Under the pieces are notes generated by a model that ran no database searches, was not told where the DNA came from, and saw only the letters and a list, made by a program, of their open reading frames with translations. A stretch of DNA of 64,000 nucleotides from Convolutriloba macropyga (Eukaryota), in NCBI RefSeq assembly GCF_964194025.1, contig NC_134477.1, positions 23,684,001 through 23,748,000 of the forward strand, written 5' to 3'. A program made the position numbers and the translations under genes. Of the stretch, positions 38,301-52,188 are shown one piece after another; the first letter of the stretch is position 1; the number at the start of each line of letters is the position of its first letter.

Positions 38301-41300
38301 GTACTTTGAAAGGAAAAAATTATGGAAGAAGTGTCAACAGTCGATAGCTCTGGCGTCAATTATTTAATCGTGATACTTCAAAGTTTTGAATTGCTCTCGA
38401 ACAGAGTTTTAAGCAATTTTTGTAAACGTGTTGGTCTTTTTACGACTCGGAAAGGATTACTGAGATTCTACAGGTATGTTTTAGCGGACGCCAGTTTGAT
38501 CATGACTTCAACTTCTGAACATGACTCTTGGTTTCGAACATTGACTTCTATTTTTGAACCTTGCACTTCAAGAATTGCTTAGCTACTAATGCATAGCAAA
38601 TATGAATCAGGGTAAAAGGGTCATTATGAGAAGTATTATTCCCTTTACAGTCTCTTCTCTCTCCAAACTACAATCACCCCCTTTGTATGTTTTTCTGTGC
38701 AAAGTTTTTGCTTGACTCTTTTTGGAGCTTCCCGTATTAAGGAGCCAAGTTTTTCCAAGTGCTGGGTGCCAGGTGAAAACTTTCTGATTTCTGGGTTAAT
38801 AGAGGTGCTTTATATAAGCACCTGAACGGTAGTGGTAGTAACTAAAATTATACAATTTTTCAGCGTGTGCTATTATTCAGTTTTATATTTTTTTCAACCA
38901 ATCGGAAGGTAAAGCGTGAAACTACTGCTCTCTAAAAAAGTCGGAAGCTGGGGGCGAACCCGGGACCTTCTGATTCAAAAAAGTAGGTATAGTGTACTGC
39001 GCTAGGTGTACTCTACTGGTTAATTTTTTGCGTAATGTCATGCTGGAAGGAATTCATCATAAAAATGCAACTTTTGTTTTTTCTTGGTTTCTTGTCTTCA
39101 TCTTTTTTTAGTTAATTTTGAAATGCCGAACTTTTTTTCTGTCTCATTCGCTCCATGGGGTTTGTTTGGTTTGGTATTATGCGTCTTGGTGGTGCCTTTC
39201 ATCTCTTCGGTGGGCTTTTGAAAATCATTTTTGTTTGAATGGAAAGAAAAATCAATTAGGAAGAAAAATCAATAATGAAATTATCATGTTTGGTGGGTTT
39301 ATATTGCAATATAATTGAGCACTGATGAGCTCTGAGAAGGCTTTGTTTGTGAAAGGTGGATTTTGAAATTTAAAGATTACTTCGTTGAAACAAGTATATC
39401 AAAACTATAAGCAACAAAAGATGGAGATAGTTTTATTGCGACAGGTGAAAGTATACAAGCGCGAAGTTTTTTGAAAGGAAAAAATTATGGAAGAAGTGTC
39501 AACAGTCGATAACTCTGGCGTCAAATATTTCATCGTGGTACTTCAAAGATTTGGATTGCTCCCGAACGAAGTTTTAAGCAATTTTTCTAAACGTGTTGGT
39601 CTTTTTACGACTCGAAGAGGATTACTGACATTCTACAGGTATTTTTAGCGGACGCAAGTTTGATCATGACTTCAACTTCTGAACATGACTTTTGGTTTCG
39701 AACATTGACTTCTTTTTTTGAACCTTGCACTTCAAGAATAGCTTAGGTACTAATGCATAGCAAAAATATGAATCAGGGTAAAAGGGTCATTATGAGAAGT
39801 ATTATTCCCTTTAAAGTCTCTTCTCCCTATTCAAACTACAATCACCCCTTTGTATGTTTTTCTGTGCAAAGTTTTTGCTTGACTCTTTTTGGAGCTTCCC
39901 GTATTAAGGAGCCAAGTTTTTCCGAGTGCTGGGTGCCAGGTGAAAACTTTCTGATTTCTCCTAAGTTAATTTCTATGTTAATAGAGGTGCTTTATATAAG
40001 CACCTGAACGGTAGTGGTAGTAACTAAAATTATACAATTTTTCAGCGTGTGCTATTATTCAGTTTTATATTTTTTTCAACCAATCGGAAGGTAAAGCGTG
40101 AAACTACTGCTCTCTAAAAAAGTCGGAAGCTGGGGGCGAACCCGGGACCTTCTGATTCAAAAAAGTAGGTTTAGTGTACTGCGCTAGGTGTGCTCTACTG
40201 GTTAATTTTTTGTGTAATGTCATGCTGGTAGCAATTCATCATAAAAATGCAACTTTTGTTTTTTCTTGGTTTCTTTTTTGTCTTCATCTTTTTTTAGTTC
40301 ATTTTGGAATCCCGAACTTTTTTTTCTGTCTCATTAGCTCCATGGGGTTTCTTTGGTTTGGTATTATGCGTCCTGGTGGTAGCTTTCATCTCTTCGGTGG
40401 GCTTTTGAAAATCATTTTCGTTTGAATGGAAAGAAAAATCAATTAGAAAGAAAAATCAATTAATGAAATTATCATGTTTGGTGGGTTTATATTGCAATAT
40501 AATTGAGCACTGATGAAGCTCTGAGAAGGCTTTGTTTGTGAAAGGTGGATTTTGAAATTTAAAGATTACTTCGTTGAAACAAGTATATCGAAACTATAAG
40601 CAACAAAAGATGGAGATAGTTTTTTTGCGACAGGTGAAAGTATACAAGCGCAAGTTTTTTTAAAGGAAAAAATTATGGAAGAAGTGTCAACAGTCGATAG
40701 CTCTGGCGTCAATTATTTCATCGTGGTACTTCAAAGATTTGAATTGCTCCCGAACGAAGTTTTAAGCAATTTTTCTAAACGTGTTGGTCTTTTTACGACT
40801 CGAAGAGGATTACTGACATTCTACAGGTATTTTTAGCGGACGCAAGTTTGATCATGACTGCAACTTCTGAACCTGACTATTGATTTCGAACATTGACTTC
40901 TTTTTTTGAACCTTGCACTTCAAGAATAGCTTAGGTACTAATGCATAGCAAAAATATGAATCAGGGTAAAAGGGTCATTATGAGAAGTATTATTCCCTTT
41001 ACAGTCTCTTCTCCCTATTCAAACTACAATCACCCCTTTGTATGTTTTTCTGTGCAAAGTTTTTGCTTGACTCTTGTTGGAGCTTCCCGTATTAAGGAGC
41101 CAAGTTTTTCCAAGTGCTGGGTGCCAGGTGAAAACTTTCTGATTTCTGGGTTAATAGAGGTGCTTTATATAAGCACCTGAACGGTAGTGGTAGTAACTAA
41201 ATTTATACAAATTTTCAGCGTGTGCTATTTTTCAATTTTCTATTTTTTTCAAACAATCAGAAGGTAAAGCGTGATACTACTGCTCTCTAAAAAAGTCGGA

Positions 41301-41533
41301 AGCTGGGGGCGAACCCGGGACCTTCTGATTCAAAAAAGTAGGTATAGTGTACTGCGCTAGGTGTGCTCTACTGGTGAATTTTTTGCATAATATCATGCTG
41401 GTAGCAATTCATCATGAAAATGCAACTTTTATTTTTTCATGGTTTCTTTGTCTTCATCTTTTTTTAGTTCATTTTGGAATCCCGAACTTATTTTTTGTCT
41501 CATTCGCTGCATGGAGGGTTATTTGGTTTGGTT
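35331..41533 (+). repeat. Tandem satellite, ~1.18-kb unit, ~5.3 copies
   Basis: aaccaatc.gaaggtaaagcgtg recurs at about 35346, 36529, 37726, 38896, 40078 and 41252. The repeated spurious ORFs (MNQGKRV..., MLYWLIF...) track the unit. Confidence 0.95.
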
Positions 41534-42432
41534 CTATGGCGTCTCTAGAATTGTTTCTAATATCTTAAGGCTTACCTGGCTTAGTAAAGTTCCAAGTCTC
41601 TAGTCTAGAACTCTTTTATTCTGATTTAGTAGACAGTGCACGGGTTCCAATGCTAAAGTCTATCTTATATCTCAATCCAAATGAAGAGCGGAGTAAAGAG
41701 AGAAAAAAATTACTATCGTTAAGTCAGGCCAGTCTCAGATAAAAATCAGCTGAAAGAGTGATGTAAATAACGGATCTTTATTATTCAATTGATAATTTAT
41801 CTTTTTAACCAATCAGAAAATAGCATTTCGGTAAGTTTATTTTCACTAAACATTGGCTCTCATCCAATTCTGGCTTCATCTTTTCGGTTTGTTGAGTTTC
41901 TGGTTTTTTAGTTCATAGTGTTTGTAGATTCGTTTGTTTTTTCCACTCTGCTAGTTCTCATTTCGGAAGTTTTGTCTCTTCTTGTTTTTGTTTTGGTTCT
42001 TGAGTTTTTTGTGGTTCGTCCAGCAGCTCCTTGCAAGTATCTATTCCATCATCCACTGGTTCAGCTACTCCCAGCGGACACGATCCGTTAAATCAGCCCG
42101 GTGGTTCCTGGTGACGTGATGTTCCTGGAGCTCTTCTTTCCAGTGGACGACTTACCTGATTGCTATTCAGTGTTAGCCGTTTGTTAAAGTTTTCCTTTTA
42201 GTTTTATAGTGCTAAGGTGTTTTGAGGTTTTGGTTAATGTGAATTAGTATCAGCAAATCGTTCATCTTTTCTGGAATCGTGAGGTCCCTGTTACGAATAG
42301 AGACATTTTCTTTTGGCTACTTAGCACATTTCGTTTATACGTATTATCATCTCCAGTGTGGAAAGATTTTCTATTACTTCCTTTTATTGGTTATTTTTTT
42401 TGTACGGTTTAGTCGGTATGACTTTTTTCCGT
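41534..42432 (-). mobile_element. LTR-like segment, inverted relative of 27747-28941
   Basis: The reverse complement shares ctccgctctt, agactttagcattg, gtgcactgtctact, caggtaagccttaagat, aatcaggtaagtc and ggaatagatactt with 28230-28890. Confidence 0.7.
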
Positions 42433-42433
42433 A

Positions 42434-45400
42434 AAGGACTGCTCAATATTGGTTGTCCGTCAGCTGTGCTTGTGGACTAAATACGTTGCTTGAAACGTTG
42501 TTTATGGAAGTTTCCTGCTCCCTGAATTTTACGATGTACAATTTTCTGGATTTTGTGTTTCTGATGTTGATCAGTTTGTCATGTAATTGCGACACGGCCA
42601 CTTTGTACAATTTTTTAAGTGCACGTGAAGACAGTGTCCAAACAAAATACTACACACAGAAAAGCTTATTTGTCATGAAGTAGTTAGTTAATTTTGTTAG
42701 GTGTATCTACATGTTTTTACATATTCGTTGTCTCTACGGTTACGTATTACATATCTGTTTTTGGTATTTGTTTGACGGGTCAAACGGTGTTCTTAATGTG
42801 GTTTTCGTAATTCCTTTTGTTCTGTACAGTTTATTCCGTTTGGTGTTGTATTTCGTTTGGTTCTGTAAATGAATTCGCTATAACTACAGGTCGGTTATTT
42901 GTTGTCCATCTGTTGTCTATGGTACATTTGATTATTTTGGTACTTCGGTATCGCGGGGACGTTTCGAAAAATGAAAATTTCGAATTGCATCGTGTTTTCC
43001 AAATTTGGTCTGGGATAGTTAACAAAAGTGGATTTGGTTTATTATGTTTTGGTCTATGATTTTGCCGTGGTTTTTTCGTCTTGTTTATTCGCTTACACGA
43101 TAGTCTATGATCACATCACTTGAGTCATAGTGTACTCTTTGTTTAGACATTGTGTCACATCAAATTATTGTGGACATTGTCGTGCGTAATTGATGACAAA
43201 TCGTAATTGGTCATCATGCGTATTACAAAAAATTTTGGCTAGAATTGTACGTTGCGTATTTTTTGCATTTATTTTTACTTTGGGCAATACACAATTATTT
43301 CTATTTTTGAGTTTGCTACAAATACCTTGTATGTTGGTTTTAAAAATATCTATCTAGAAAATACCTGAAAATTGTTTTGTTATATGTAGTTTTCTTGTAC
43401 AATAGTTAAGGTATTACTCTATAGATTGCTCTACTTTCCTGAATCTATTTTCTTTGTTACAGACAATTATTCCACTGGAGTGCTGAAACTTTCGGACATA
43501 GTAAAGAAGTTGTTTTGAGTAATCATATACAAGAATTAATGAAAAGATATCGAGGAAAGTGTTTGGTAGCTCACATCCCTCTGGTTCCGATGCTTGATTG
43601 ATTAAAAATGTTAATTAAAATTGTATCTGAAAGCTGCCTTTTCGAATTTCGGTTTTGTAGTTAGAAATTTTTACATTGTTGACTAATTTCCTCTGATATG
43701 AGAATTGCGAAATCTAGAGAAGCTGTCACAAATTTCTCATATTGTTATTATGCGGAAGCCAGTCCTAATTTTTAGCTTTCTCCTTATTATGGGAGAACAC
43801 ATCTGCATGGCGTTGAATTGGATAAAACTACGGATGTTTTTCCATTTTATACCGTCTAACCTTTGCTTATGGGGTACCAGGTGCAAGCCAAAATCATTTC
43901 AATTTGAGGATGCCAAATTCTTATTCTGAAAATGCACTGAAGTAGAACTAGATGCAATGATAAGAGTTACTGCACTCAGTTAAGCATTCAATGACTTCAA
44001 TGAGGTATGTAACCACTGGTCGACCAAAGAGACGGAACTGTTCGATTGATTTGGTTCGCTTTTGACTCGCCTAGAAAGAGGAGATCAGATATTCTTACCT
44101 GACCAATGTCATGACAGTATTACGTAGAGTCCTGGAAATCTGTCGCCCGAAAGAGGGGACATCTCTCCAATTTTAGTTTGCTTGAAGTTATCCAATGCGA
44201 GGGGAGTGGAGATATGCATAACGACAAATAGAATGGAACCGAAGGTCTGGTTCTATGGAATGAACAAAAGAACCAATGGACGATAACTTTCAATCGGATT
44301 TTGATATGAAAAATAGACTAGTTGAATCAAATTGAACCACGCGAATGGGTATTAATTTACTTGTCAAAGCGTTCTGTCAGATGTTATCGGGAAATTTTTA
44401 GCAGAATTGATTTTTAAGCACTTTAGATGAAACTATTAACTAGGCTAAGTAGTGGAAAGCACGGAGGTTGAAAGAGCTACCGAGTCGACTCGCATATGAC
44501 CTAAGTTGAGAACTAAGAAAGTCAGCTTTAACTTTTACAACTACAAATTTGCATTCAAAGTCAGAGCTAACATCACAAAAAAATTGTCTTAGTTAAATGT
44601 TGCTCTCATTCAATAGTATGTTTCTACGACGTATGGTGTTGCTATTTCATCACATTCTTAAGTCCCGAACCCTCTTATTATTAGACTATTTTGCAGAGTC
44701 GCTAACTTGCAAGAACCTGCTGATAAACTAATGCAAGTTTCTGCCCTGATTAGTTCGATGTTTTGGATCTTCAAAACGCTTTGATATTTGATCTTCCATA
44801 AAGCAACTATAGGAAGACTTAAGAATACAATATCTATCTCGTGTGGAATTTGGCAAATTGGAGCATTTTAAAGCGTGTTTTGTTTCTTTTCAGACAAAAT
44901 TGGGCAATTTTTGGAAGTCCATGATTCTGGATGATAAAAAGAGCCTGCTGATGAATGGGAGAGAGTTTGGTGTGATTGCGTTGCACGACACTGCCATTTG
45001 AGCTGCAATTCTTTTACAGAGACCGTGGTACGTCAATACGTCAATGTGCCAATCTCATCCTACTTCAAAAGTAAGTTAGAAAACGTGCTGCTTTTAAAGA
45101 TTCCTCAGCTCTAACTTCAACTTCATAGCTGCCTAAATATTGGCAGCAATATAATAAAATTTCTCAAAAAATGTCTTCCCGACGCTATTCTTTGGCCTAG
45201 TATAAGACCTTTTCGACATTATGCAAGCTCAGTTTTTCTTGCAATTACAATAAGAGAAAAATATGAAAATTTAGTCCTAATAACCTTTCTTCTCTTCATT
45301 TTAGCAGTGACGGCTGAAGACTTCCAACATATGCGTGGCTTTGTTGAAAATCATTTTAACAAAGTAATGACAGTGTCGAGAGCAATTCCCATTTCAGGAA

Positions 45401-46729
45401 CACCAACATCCCAGTCAGGAACAATTCCCAGTCAGGAACACCATCATCATCAGGTCCATTATGCAGACCCATGGAGAACCAGTCAACAGGTAGGTAACAT
45501 TAGTTGCGAAGAAAAGTGAGATAATAAGATAAGCATTGCACCCAGTAAAATATCACTCACAACTGTGATAATTGCACTCAGTGGACGTCTCAGCTATCAT
45601 AATCTCCTTTCTATAGGTAAATTTGGACTAAATTATTTAATCGTGGTACTTTAAAGTTTTGAATTGCTCTCGAACGAAGTTTTAAGCCTTTTTGTAAACG
45701 TCTTGGTCTTTTTACGACTCGAAGAGGAGTGTTGAGATTCTACAGGTATTTTTTAGTGGACGCAAGTTTGATCATGATTTCAACTTCGGATTATGACTTT
45801 TGGTTTTGAACATTGACTTCTGTTTTTGAACATTGCACTTCAACAATAGCTTAGGTACCAATACATAGCAATTATGAATCAGGGTAAAAGGGTCATTATG
45901 AGAAGTATTGTTCCATTTACAGTCTCTTCTCCCTATTCAAACTACACACACCCCCTTGCTATAATTTTTTTCTGCAAAATTTTTGCTTTACCGTTGTAGA
46001 GCTTCCCGTATTAAGGAGCCAAGTTTTTCCAAGTGCTTGGTGCCAGGTGAAAACTTTCTGATTTCTGCTAATTAATTTCTAGGTTAATAGAGGTGCTTTA
46101 TATAAGCACCTGAACGGTAGTGGTATTAACTAAAATTATACAATTTTTCAGCGTGTGATATTTTCTGTCTCGTTTGCTCCATGGGGGGTTCTTTGGTTTG
46201 GTATTATGCGTCTTATTGGTGCCTTTCATCTCTTCGGAGGGCTTTTGAATGGAAAGAATTTTCGTTTGAATGGAAAGAAGAATCAATTAATGAAATTATC
46301 AAATTTGGGTGTTGGTTTTGCAATATAATTGAGCATTGATGGAGCTCTGAAAAGGCTTTGTTTCGTGAAAGGCGGATTTTGAAATTTAAAGATTCTTCGT
46401 TGAAACAATTTTATTAAAATTATAAGCAAGAAAAGATGGAGATAGTTTTAATGCGATAGGTGAAAGTATACAAGCGCTTTGAAAGGAAAAATATATGGAA
46501 GAAGTGTCAACAGTCGATAGCTCTGGCGTCAAGTCATGGGCGGGCTGGCGTCACTACCTTGTTTAATTGTATGGCGAACGTTCGGTTTTTGCAAATGGCT
46601 GACCGAAGAACTCGTTGGCAGTTTTGAACGAGGAGCTGCTGAACTTTGATGGTGAGGTCCTAGAGATGTTGGAATACAGCCGAAACGCCAGCGCGGGTTG
46701 TAGCGTTCTCGCTGGTCTGCCAACCTCGA
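42434..46729 (+). repeat. Intragenic segmental duplicate 1 (largely a copy of ~28944-33270) carrying pseudo-exons 5' (44894-45070) and 6' (45308-45489)
   Basis: Near-identical to the region around exons 5-6, with internal deletions. Exon 5' has TGA at 44999-45001 and an 8-bp duplication; exon 6' is internally scrambled. Confidence 0.92.
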
Positions 46730-46744
46730 TAGATTGCCAACCTC

Positions 46745-49700
46745 TATTACTCTATAGATTGCTCTACTTTCCTGAATCTATTTTCTTTGTTACAGACAAT
46801 TATTCCACTGGAGTGCTGAAACTTTCGGACATAGTAAAGAAGTTGTTTTGAGTAATCATATACAAGAATTAATGAAAAGATATCGAGGAAAGTGTTTGGT
46901 AGCTCACATCCCTCTGGTTCCGATGCTTGATTGATTAAAAATGTTAATTAAAATTGTATCTGAAAGCTGCCTTTTCGAATTTCGGTTTTGTAGTTAGAAA
47001 TTTTTACATTGTTGACTAATTTCCTCTGATATGAGAATTGCGAAATCTAGAGAAGCTGTCACAAATTTCTCATATTGTTATTATGCGGAAGCCAGTCCTA
47101 ATTTTTAGCTTTCTCCTTATTATGGGAGAACACATCTGCATGGCGTTGAATTGGATAAAACTACGGATGTTTTTCCATTTTATACCGTCTAACCTTTGCT
47201 TATGGGGTACCAGGTGCAAGCCAAAATCATTTCAATTTGAGGATGCCAAATTCTTATTCTGAAAATGCACTGAAGTAGAACTAGATGCAATGATAAGAGT
47301 TACTGCACTCAGTTAAGCATTCAATGACTTCAATGAGGTATGTAACCACTGGTCGACCAAAGAGACGGAACTGTTCGATTGATTTGGTTCGCTTTTGACT
47401 CGCCTAGAAAGAGGAGATCAGATATTCTTACCTGACCAATGTCATGACAGTATTACGTAGAGTCCTGGAAATCTGTCGCCCGAAAGAGGGGACATCTCTC
47501 CAATTTTAGTTTGCTTGAAGTTATCCAATGCGAGGGGAGTGGAGATATGCATAACGACAAATAGAATGGAACCGAAGGTCTGGTTCTATGGACTGAACAA
47601 AAGAACCAATGGACGATAACTTTCAATCGGATTTTGATATGAAAAATACACTAGTTGAATCAAATTGAACCACGCGAATGGGTATTAATTTACTTGTCAA
47701 AGCGTTCTGTCAGATGTTATCGGGAAATTATTAGCAGAATTGATTTTTAAGCACTTTAGATGAAACTCTTAACTAGGTAACTAGGCTAAGTAGTGGAAAG
47801 CACGGAGGTTGAAAGAGCTACCGAGTCGAGTCGCATATGACCTAAGTTGAGAACTAAGAAAGTCAGCTTTAACTTTTACAACTACAAATTTGCATTCAAA
47901 GACAGAGCTAACATCACAAAAAAATCGTCTTAGTTAAATGTTGCTCTCATTCAATAGTTTGTTTCTACGACGTATGGTGTTGCTATTTCATCACATTCTT
48001 AGGTCACGAACCCTCTTATTATTAGACTATTTTGCAGAGTCGCTAACTTGCAAGAACCTGCTGATAAACTAATGCAAGTTTCTGCCCTGATTAGTTAGAT
48101 GTTTTGGATCTTCAAAACGCTTTGATATTTGATCTTCCATAAAGCAACTATAGGAAGACTTAAGAATACAATATCTATCTCGTGTGGAATTTGGCAAATT
48201 GGAGCATTTTAAAGTGTGTTTTGTTTCTTTTCAGACAAAATTGGGCAATTTTTGGAAGTCCATGATTCTGGATGATAAAAAGAGCCTGCTGATGAATGGG
48301 AGAGAGTTTGGTGTGATTGGGTTGCACGACACTGCCATTTGAGCTGCAATTCTGTTACAGAGACCGTGATACGTCAATGTGCCATTCTCATCCTACTTCA
48401 AAAGTAAGTTAGAAAACGTGCTGCTTTTAAAGATTCCTCAGCTCTAACTTCAACTTCATAGCTGCCTAAATATTGGCAGCAATATAATAAAATTTCTCAA
48501 AAAATGTCTTCCGGACGCTATTCTTTGGCCTAGTATAAGAGATTTTCGACATTGTGCAAACTCAGTTTTTCTTGCAATTACAATAAGAGAAAAATATGAA
48601 AAGTTAGTCCTAATAACCTTTCTTCTCTTCATTTTAGCAGTGACGGCTGAAGACTTCCAACATATGCGTGGCTTTGTTGGAAATCATTTTAACAAAGTAA
48701 TGACAGTGTCGAGAGCAATTCCCATTTCACTCCTTCTAGTAGTCAGGAACACCAACATCGTCAGGTCCATTATGCAGACCCATGGAGAACCAGTCAACAG
48801 GTAGGTAACATTAGTTGCGAAGAAAAGTGAGATAATAAGATAAGCATTGCACCCAGTAAAATATCACTCACAACTGTGATAATTGCACTCAGTTGACGTC
48901 TCAGCTATCATAATCTCCTTTCTATAGGTAAATTTGGACTAAATTATTTAATCGTGGTATTTTAAAGTTTTGAATTGCTCTCGAACGAAGTTTTAAGCAT
49001 TTTTTGTAAACGTCTTGGTCTTTTTACGACTCGAAGAGGATTGTTGAGATTCTACAGGTATTTTTTAGCGGACGCAAGTTTGATCATGATTTCAACTTCG
49101 GATTATGACTTTTGGTTTTGAACATTGACTTCTGTTTTTGAACATTGCACTTCAACAATAGCTTAGGTACCAATACATAGCAATTATGAATCAGGGTAAA
49201 AGGGTCATTATGAGAAGTGTTGTTCCATTTACAGTCTCTTCTCCCTATTCAAACTACACACACCCCCTTGCTATGTTTTTTTGCAAAATTTTTGCTTTAC
49301 CGTTGTGGGAGCGTCCCGTATTAAGGAGCCAAGTTTTTCCAAGTGCTGGGTGCCAGGTGAAAACTTTCTGATTTCTGCTAATTAATTTCTAGGTTAATAG
49401 AGGTGCTTTATATAAGCACCTAAACGGTAGTGGTATTAGTTAAAATTATACAATTTTTCAGCGTGTGTTATTTTCAATTTTCTATTCTTTTCAACCAATC
49501 AGAAGGTAAAGCGTGATACTACTGCTCTCTAAAAAAGTCGGAAGCTGGGGGCGAACCCGGGACCTTCTTATTCAAAAAAGTAGGTATAGTGTACTGCGCT
49601 AGGTGTGCTCTACTGGTTAATTTTTTTTGGGTAATGTCATGCTGGGAGCAGTTCATTATAAAAATGCAACTTTTGTTTTTTCATGGTTTCTGTTTTTTGT

Positions 49701-50304
49701 CTTCATCTGTTTTTTTAGTTCATTTTGGAATCGCGAACTTATTTTCTGTCTAGTTCGCTCCATGGGGGGTTCTTTGGTTTGGTATTATGCGTCTTATTGG
49801 TGCCTTTCATCTCTTCGGAGGGCTTTTGAAAACCATTTTCGTTTGAATGGAATGAATAATCAATTAATGAAATTATCAAAGTTGGGTGTTGGTTTTGCAA
49901 TATAATTGAGCATTGATGGAGCTCTGAAAAGGCTTTGTTTCGTGAAAGGCGGATTTTGAAATTTAAAGATACTTCGTTGAAACAACTTTTTTAAAATTAT
50001 AAGCAAGAAAAGATGGAGATAGTTAATGCGACAGGTGAAAGTATACAAGCGCTTTGAAAGGAAAAAAATATGGAAGAAGTGTCAACAGTCGATAGCTCTG
50101 GCGTCAAGTCATGGGCGGGCTTGCGTCACAACCTTGTTTAATTGTATGGCGAACGTTCGGTTTTTGCAAATGGCTGACCGAAGAACTCGTTGGCAGTTTT
50201 GAACGAGGAGCTGCTGAACTTTGATGGTGAGCTCCTAGAGATGTTGGAATACAGCCGAAACGCCAGCGCGGGTTGTAGCGTTCTCGCTAGTCTGCCAACC
50301 TCGA
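46745..50304 (+). repeat. Intragenic segmental duplicate 2 (tandem with duplicate 1) carrying exon 5'' (48235-48403, with stops) and in-frame exon 6'' (48641-48800)
   Basis: Repeats 43412-46729 and shares the TTA>TGA lesion (48340-48342). Exon 6'' is 160 nt with no stop and intact splice sites. Confidence 0.92.
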
Positions 50305-51740
50305 GTGGACCTGAACGGTTGCACGAACTGTCTGCATATCCCTTTCTCGCGATGCCGAGTGGGTGGACGATTGATGATTTATCCGAACCCGAATTGCGCA
50401 AAGGATTTCGTTTGAAGACACAAGACGCGATTTTCCAATGGAACGAGTGTTAGACGCGGTTACACATTGAATTTGGTAGTGATGCGAGAGTTTCCAAGAC
50501 ACAGTTCGGTGAAGTCGTCCTAATTTGCAACAGTGGCAATTCTTTTCGGCTTCTCTTGGAGATCGTTTCTACGCCCGATCTTCATGAAGACGATTAGAAG
50601 TTGGACAAACAATGGATTCCGAGATGAAATTATTTGGTTTGATGTGCCAGTTCGCATTAGCTTGTTGTGTCCGCCATCTTTGTGTTTTCAAGCTGTTTTT
50701 ACGGTGACCTCGGGACCTTCTCTTGTTACTGGTAAGGAGGATATTGACGGGACTGATGCACGAAGAACCCTCGCACATTTGGCATCGGCGCGAGAAAAGG
50801 CGCTTTGGCTCGTCTCTGAAGAGTAAATCTACGAGTTCATTCTATGAGTAAATCGTCCTCAGGTGTATGGAAGTTCTTTGTGTTTTTGAGTAGACTGGTC
50901 TGACGGTGTCAGGAGTCAGTTTCACAGAAAACTAATGTGTATAACCAATGTCTAGCCGGTGTCTGGTGAAAATATCCTTTAATTCCTCTTGGAGCGAGTC
51001 TACGTTTCTTATTGACTTCAGCGAGTACGCTATTCTTCCAGGCAAAGAAATTAAGGAAGATAATGGGGTCTTTTTGATTTTCCGAGGGCCGTATTGCTTC
51101 GAGGTAGTTTTATTAGTTTGTCGTAAATACGTTTTTCGACACCCACTAATTGTGAGCTGCTTTGTTTTTCTGGAGTGGGAAACCACAGCTCATTTTTGTC
51201 AGTTATTGATGTGATTCATGTTCCCTCAGCCAACTTCAGCGATTTACTTTGCTATCTGTTTCTCTTGTTTGATTTTCGGTTTCGAAATAATTTTGGATCT
51301 AATGGTATTAGATATCGTGCCTGCTCTGTTGTAAAAACTTGGAATGTTGGAACGATTGAACCGTCCCGGACTTTTATTGGAATTTCGGTTGTGTTTATAG
51401 CGAGATGAGTTAATCTGTCGTTATTGTTGAACTTGTCCAAATGACTGGTTAGAGCGATGCCGAGTTTTTTGAGCTTTGCCTTTGTTTTTTGAACTTTTTT
51501 GGCTCAACATTGCCTTTATGTTCTGATGTATCATTTTGCTCGACTGGTTGCAATTGTAATTGCTGCTGTTATCCGAGATGGAAGATGTAATTTGTTGTCT
51601 TCAGGGCTAATTTTCAGCCTTCAGTACTTTTTGTTTTCTTTTTCCCTCCATTTTTATCGTCTTCAACTGAAATGTGAACTCCGGGAATTGCAGAAGTCGG
51701 TTGTGGTGTGGTATATAATTACCTCTAATGGCGTCATTTG
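50110..51740 (-). mobile_element. Second Ty3/gypsy pol relic (pre-RT linker; possible integrase remnant)
   Basis: ELKDIFTRHRLDIGY followed by FSVKLTPDTVRPVYS..TSIHL is typical of the start of gypsy RT. KNCHCC near 50530 could be the integrase zinc finger. Confidence 0.65.
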
Positions 51741-52188
51741 AAGCCCCGGTATTTAAATTACTCACCCTCCAACTAAAGCAGGCTAGTCTATCGAGAGCAA
51801 TTCATCCAACGTTAGTTGGTTATGCTTATTTAGTCTGTCAGTTAGTAGTTGCATTTTATTGAAAGGCTCTAATAAGTAACCAGTTTTGTCTCAACAGCAG
51901 CGCTAAGTGAAAATCCGAATAAAATTTTTAGTGAAAGGTAAAGTTAGTTAGCCTAGAAAAATTTTGGAGTACTTGGCGATGCCAGTAATGCTGGGAGTCA
52001 CTGTTGTCACATCTATTTCATATGCGTATATCGATCCGTATATTCTTTAACTGTCGTCTGTCAATGCCCTTCAGCTCAATCTTTAAGTAATGCAAAATTT
52101 GCTACTGGACTTAAATCGATCCACAATTTACGTTAATTAACCACCCGAATAAATTCTTGATTTTGTTCATTAACGATTGAATGTTTAG

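Noticed and set aside
32995-41568. Many repeated 60-113 aa ORFs (MNQGKRV..., MLIGING..., MLYWLIF...)
   Set aside because: They track tandem repeat units, and stops and frameshifts vary between copies, so they are not genes.
44894-48403. A second functional ADCK paralog
   Set aside because: Only exons 5-6 are duplicated, and both exon-5 copies carry premature stops.
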